Source: a virus (taxonomy: Duplodnaviria > Caudoviricetes). Taken from it: a stretch of DNA of 64,000 nucleotides. Positions within the stretch are counted from its first letter, which is position 1, and each line of letters begins with the position of its first letter. The position numbers and the translations under genes are program-made. The notes beneath the pieces are model-generated. The model saw only the letters and a list, made by a program, of their open reading frames with translations. It was not told where the DNA came from and did no database searches. The stretch lies in the IMG/VR virus record IMGVR_UViG_3300029305_011823. The stretch is one strand, 5' to 3'. This document shows, piece after piece, positions 62,739-64,000 of the stretch.

Positions 62739-64000
62739 TTAGTTAAGTAAATCTATTATAATATCTTCTAATTCGATATTTAAATACTCTGGAACGAATA
62801 GTATTCTATCTTCTTTCTTTAATGTAGTAACGTCAACTGTAGTATTTTCTATACTTTGACAATCATTTTCATAACCGTTAATAGAAACGAATTTTAAATA
62901 TCTAATTCCAGGGAATGTATTTTCTAACTGTTGAATTAAGTTGGATATAAATATACCCTCATTAAGATCTTTATTAATAGATTCAAAGTATTCTTTAATA
63001 AATATTTTCATATCTTGAACTAGTTTAGGACCTTCCGTTTTAACCACTGGATACACTTTTAACTCTAATGTGCAATTTACATGGTTAAGTAATTCTTGTT
63101 CTTCTCCAACAACAAAGTTCTTAGAACGACCATATGTATTATAGAACTTCATATCTATGGAATAGTTATTAGTTTTCTTACTCATTATTTCGTCCATATA
63201 ATCATATTGTGAACCAAGTAATTTCATAAATCTATCAAATTCCATAACATCTTCATCGTTTATCTGTTCTTTCCATTTCATTACAGGAACGTCTTTTATA
63301 AGCATATAGTTAGCATCATACTCATCTTTTTCCCAACTCATGTGTGATTTTAACATTCCTAATGGAGTTATTAATTCAACACGTGTTTCTTCTGTTGTAT
63401 ATTTATTAGTTAATGTAGTATTTTCAAATTCTTTTAAATGTGTATAATTATGTCTTGTATTATTATTTTCATATTCAAAGAAAGTATAAATGTTCATTTT
63501 AAGATTTGTCATAGGAACCATTACAACTCTATCAGATCCATCGATAACATCTTTAACATCATATAATCTTACAGTCTCTGTATCTGATATGAAATCATCT
63601 GTGGTAACTTCACCTTCAAATGTATAACGTAAACCTTCTTTTTCAAATGCAGTTTGTTTACATTCTATATAACAAGCTTCTTTACCATTTTTAAATAGGA
63701 ATGATAATACAACATGAATTCTACCAGTATCATTACCTTCTTCATCTATCATTGGACTTTCTATATCAATATCAGTTGCAGTTAAATGAACTCTGAATTT
63801 ATATGTATTATCTCCTTTTAAAGAAGATCTATAAACATATAAATTATTACAAATAAACTGAACCATAGAGTTATTATTAACGTATTCATAATCTAACTGT
63901 ATTTTATCATTAATATTATTTAAGTAGTATCCTATCATACCATTATTTGTAGCTGTCATTAAGAAAGGATTTTGATAAACAAATTTTTCATTAAAATGCA
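62739..64000 (-). CDS. Baseplate wedge-like virion protein, C-terminal part (start lies beyond the window)
   Basis: Appears to continue past the ORF-track start toward the edge; IKEYFESIN...ISNLIQQLE...GIRYL resembles gp6/J-like C-termini. Confidence 0.6.
   Translation of the reverse strand, partial: HFNEKFVYQNPFLMTATNNGMIGYYLNNINDKIQLDYEYVNNNSMVQFICNNLYVYRSSLKGDNTYKFRVHLTATDIDIESPMIDEEGNDTGRIHVVLSFLFKNGKEACYIECKQTAFEKEGLRYTFEGEVTTDDFISDTETVRLYDVKDVIDGSDRVVMVPMTNLKMNIYTFFEYENNNTRHNYTHLKEFENTTLTNKYTTEETRVELITPLGMLKSHMSWEKDEYDANYMLIKDVPVMKWKEQINDEDVMEFDRFMKLLGSQYDYMDEIMSKKTNNYSIDMKFYNTYGRSKNFVVGEEQELLNHVNCTLELKVYPVVKTEGPKLVQDMKIFIKEYFESINKDLNEGIFISNLIQQLENTFPGIRYLKFVSINGYENDCQSIENTTVDVTTLKKEDRILFVPEYLNIELEDIIIDLLN

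Noticed and set aside
1-64000. tRNA/tmRNA, retron or diversity-generating retroelement
   Set aside because: I recognised no cloverleaf, reverse transcriptase or template/variable repeat pair by eye; tRNAscan-SE/ARAGORN would be needed to exclude RNA genes formally.
1-64000. Stop-codon recoding
   Set aside because: Long genes are intact in the standard code, and the apparent breaks are explained by introns.

Overview
This window is very AT-rich DNA from a jumbo bacteriophage of the AR9/PBS1/phiKZ-like type, which encodes its own multisubunit RNA polymerases. Host-like accessory genes suggest a low-GC clostridial host, which is an inference. Identified genes include RNAP beta and beta'-C subunits, a 4002-aa tail/tape-measure protein with several cell-wall hydrolase domains, and baseplate/head proteins. 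Others are an endolysin, an SF2 helicase, RusA, RNase H, RNase R, a dCMP deaminase-NUDIX fusion, a uridine-kinase-family protein, class II RNR and host-like membrane/metabolic genes. Three group I introns with homing endonucleases are present: two near-identical ones split a ~2550-aa LamG/CotH-kinase/LRR gene, and one splits nrdJ. Two promoter classes can be read from the DNA: a 32-bp TGTAA...TTTCAATTATATATTAT motif (9 copies) and an AR9-like WACA-N6-TA motif. The least explained signals are non-coding. One is a ~240-nt repeat RNA with four identical bulged hairpins, followed by a terminator and an orphan gene (type III toxin-antitoxin-like layout). The others are a ~300-nt GC-rich structured RNA and several promoter-to-terminator small RNAs carrying anti-Shine-Dalgarno/anti-AUG sequence. 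No tRNA, rRNA or CRISPR array was seen. All family calls come from motif recognition by eye, not database searches.
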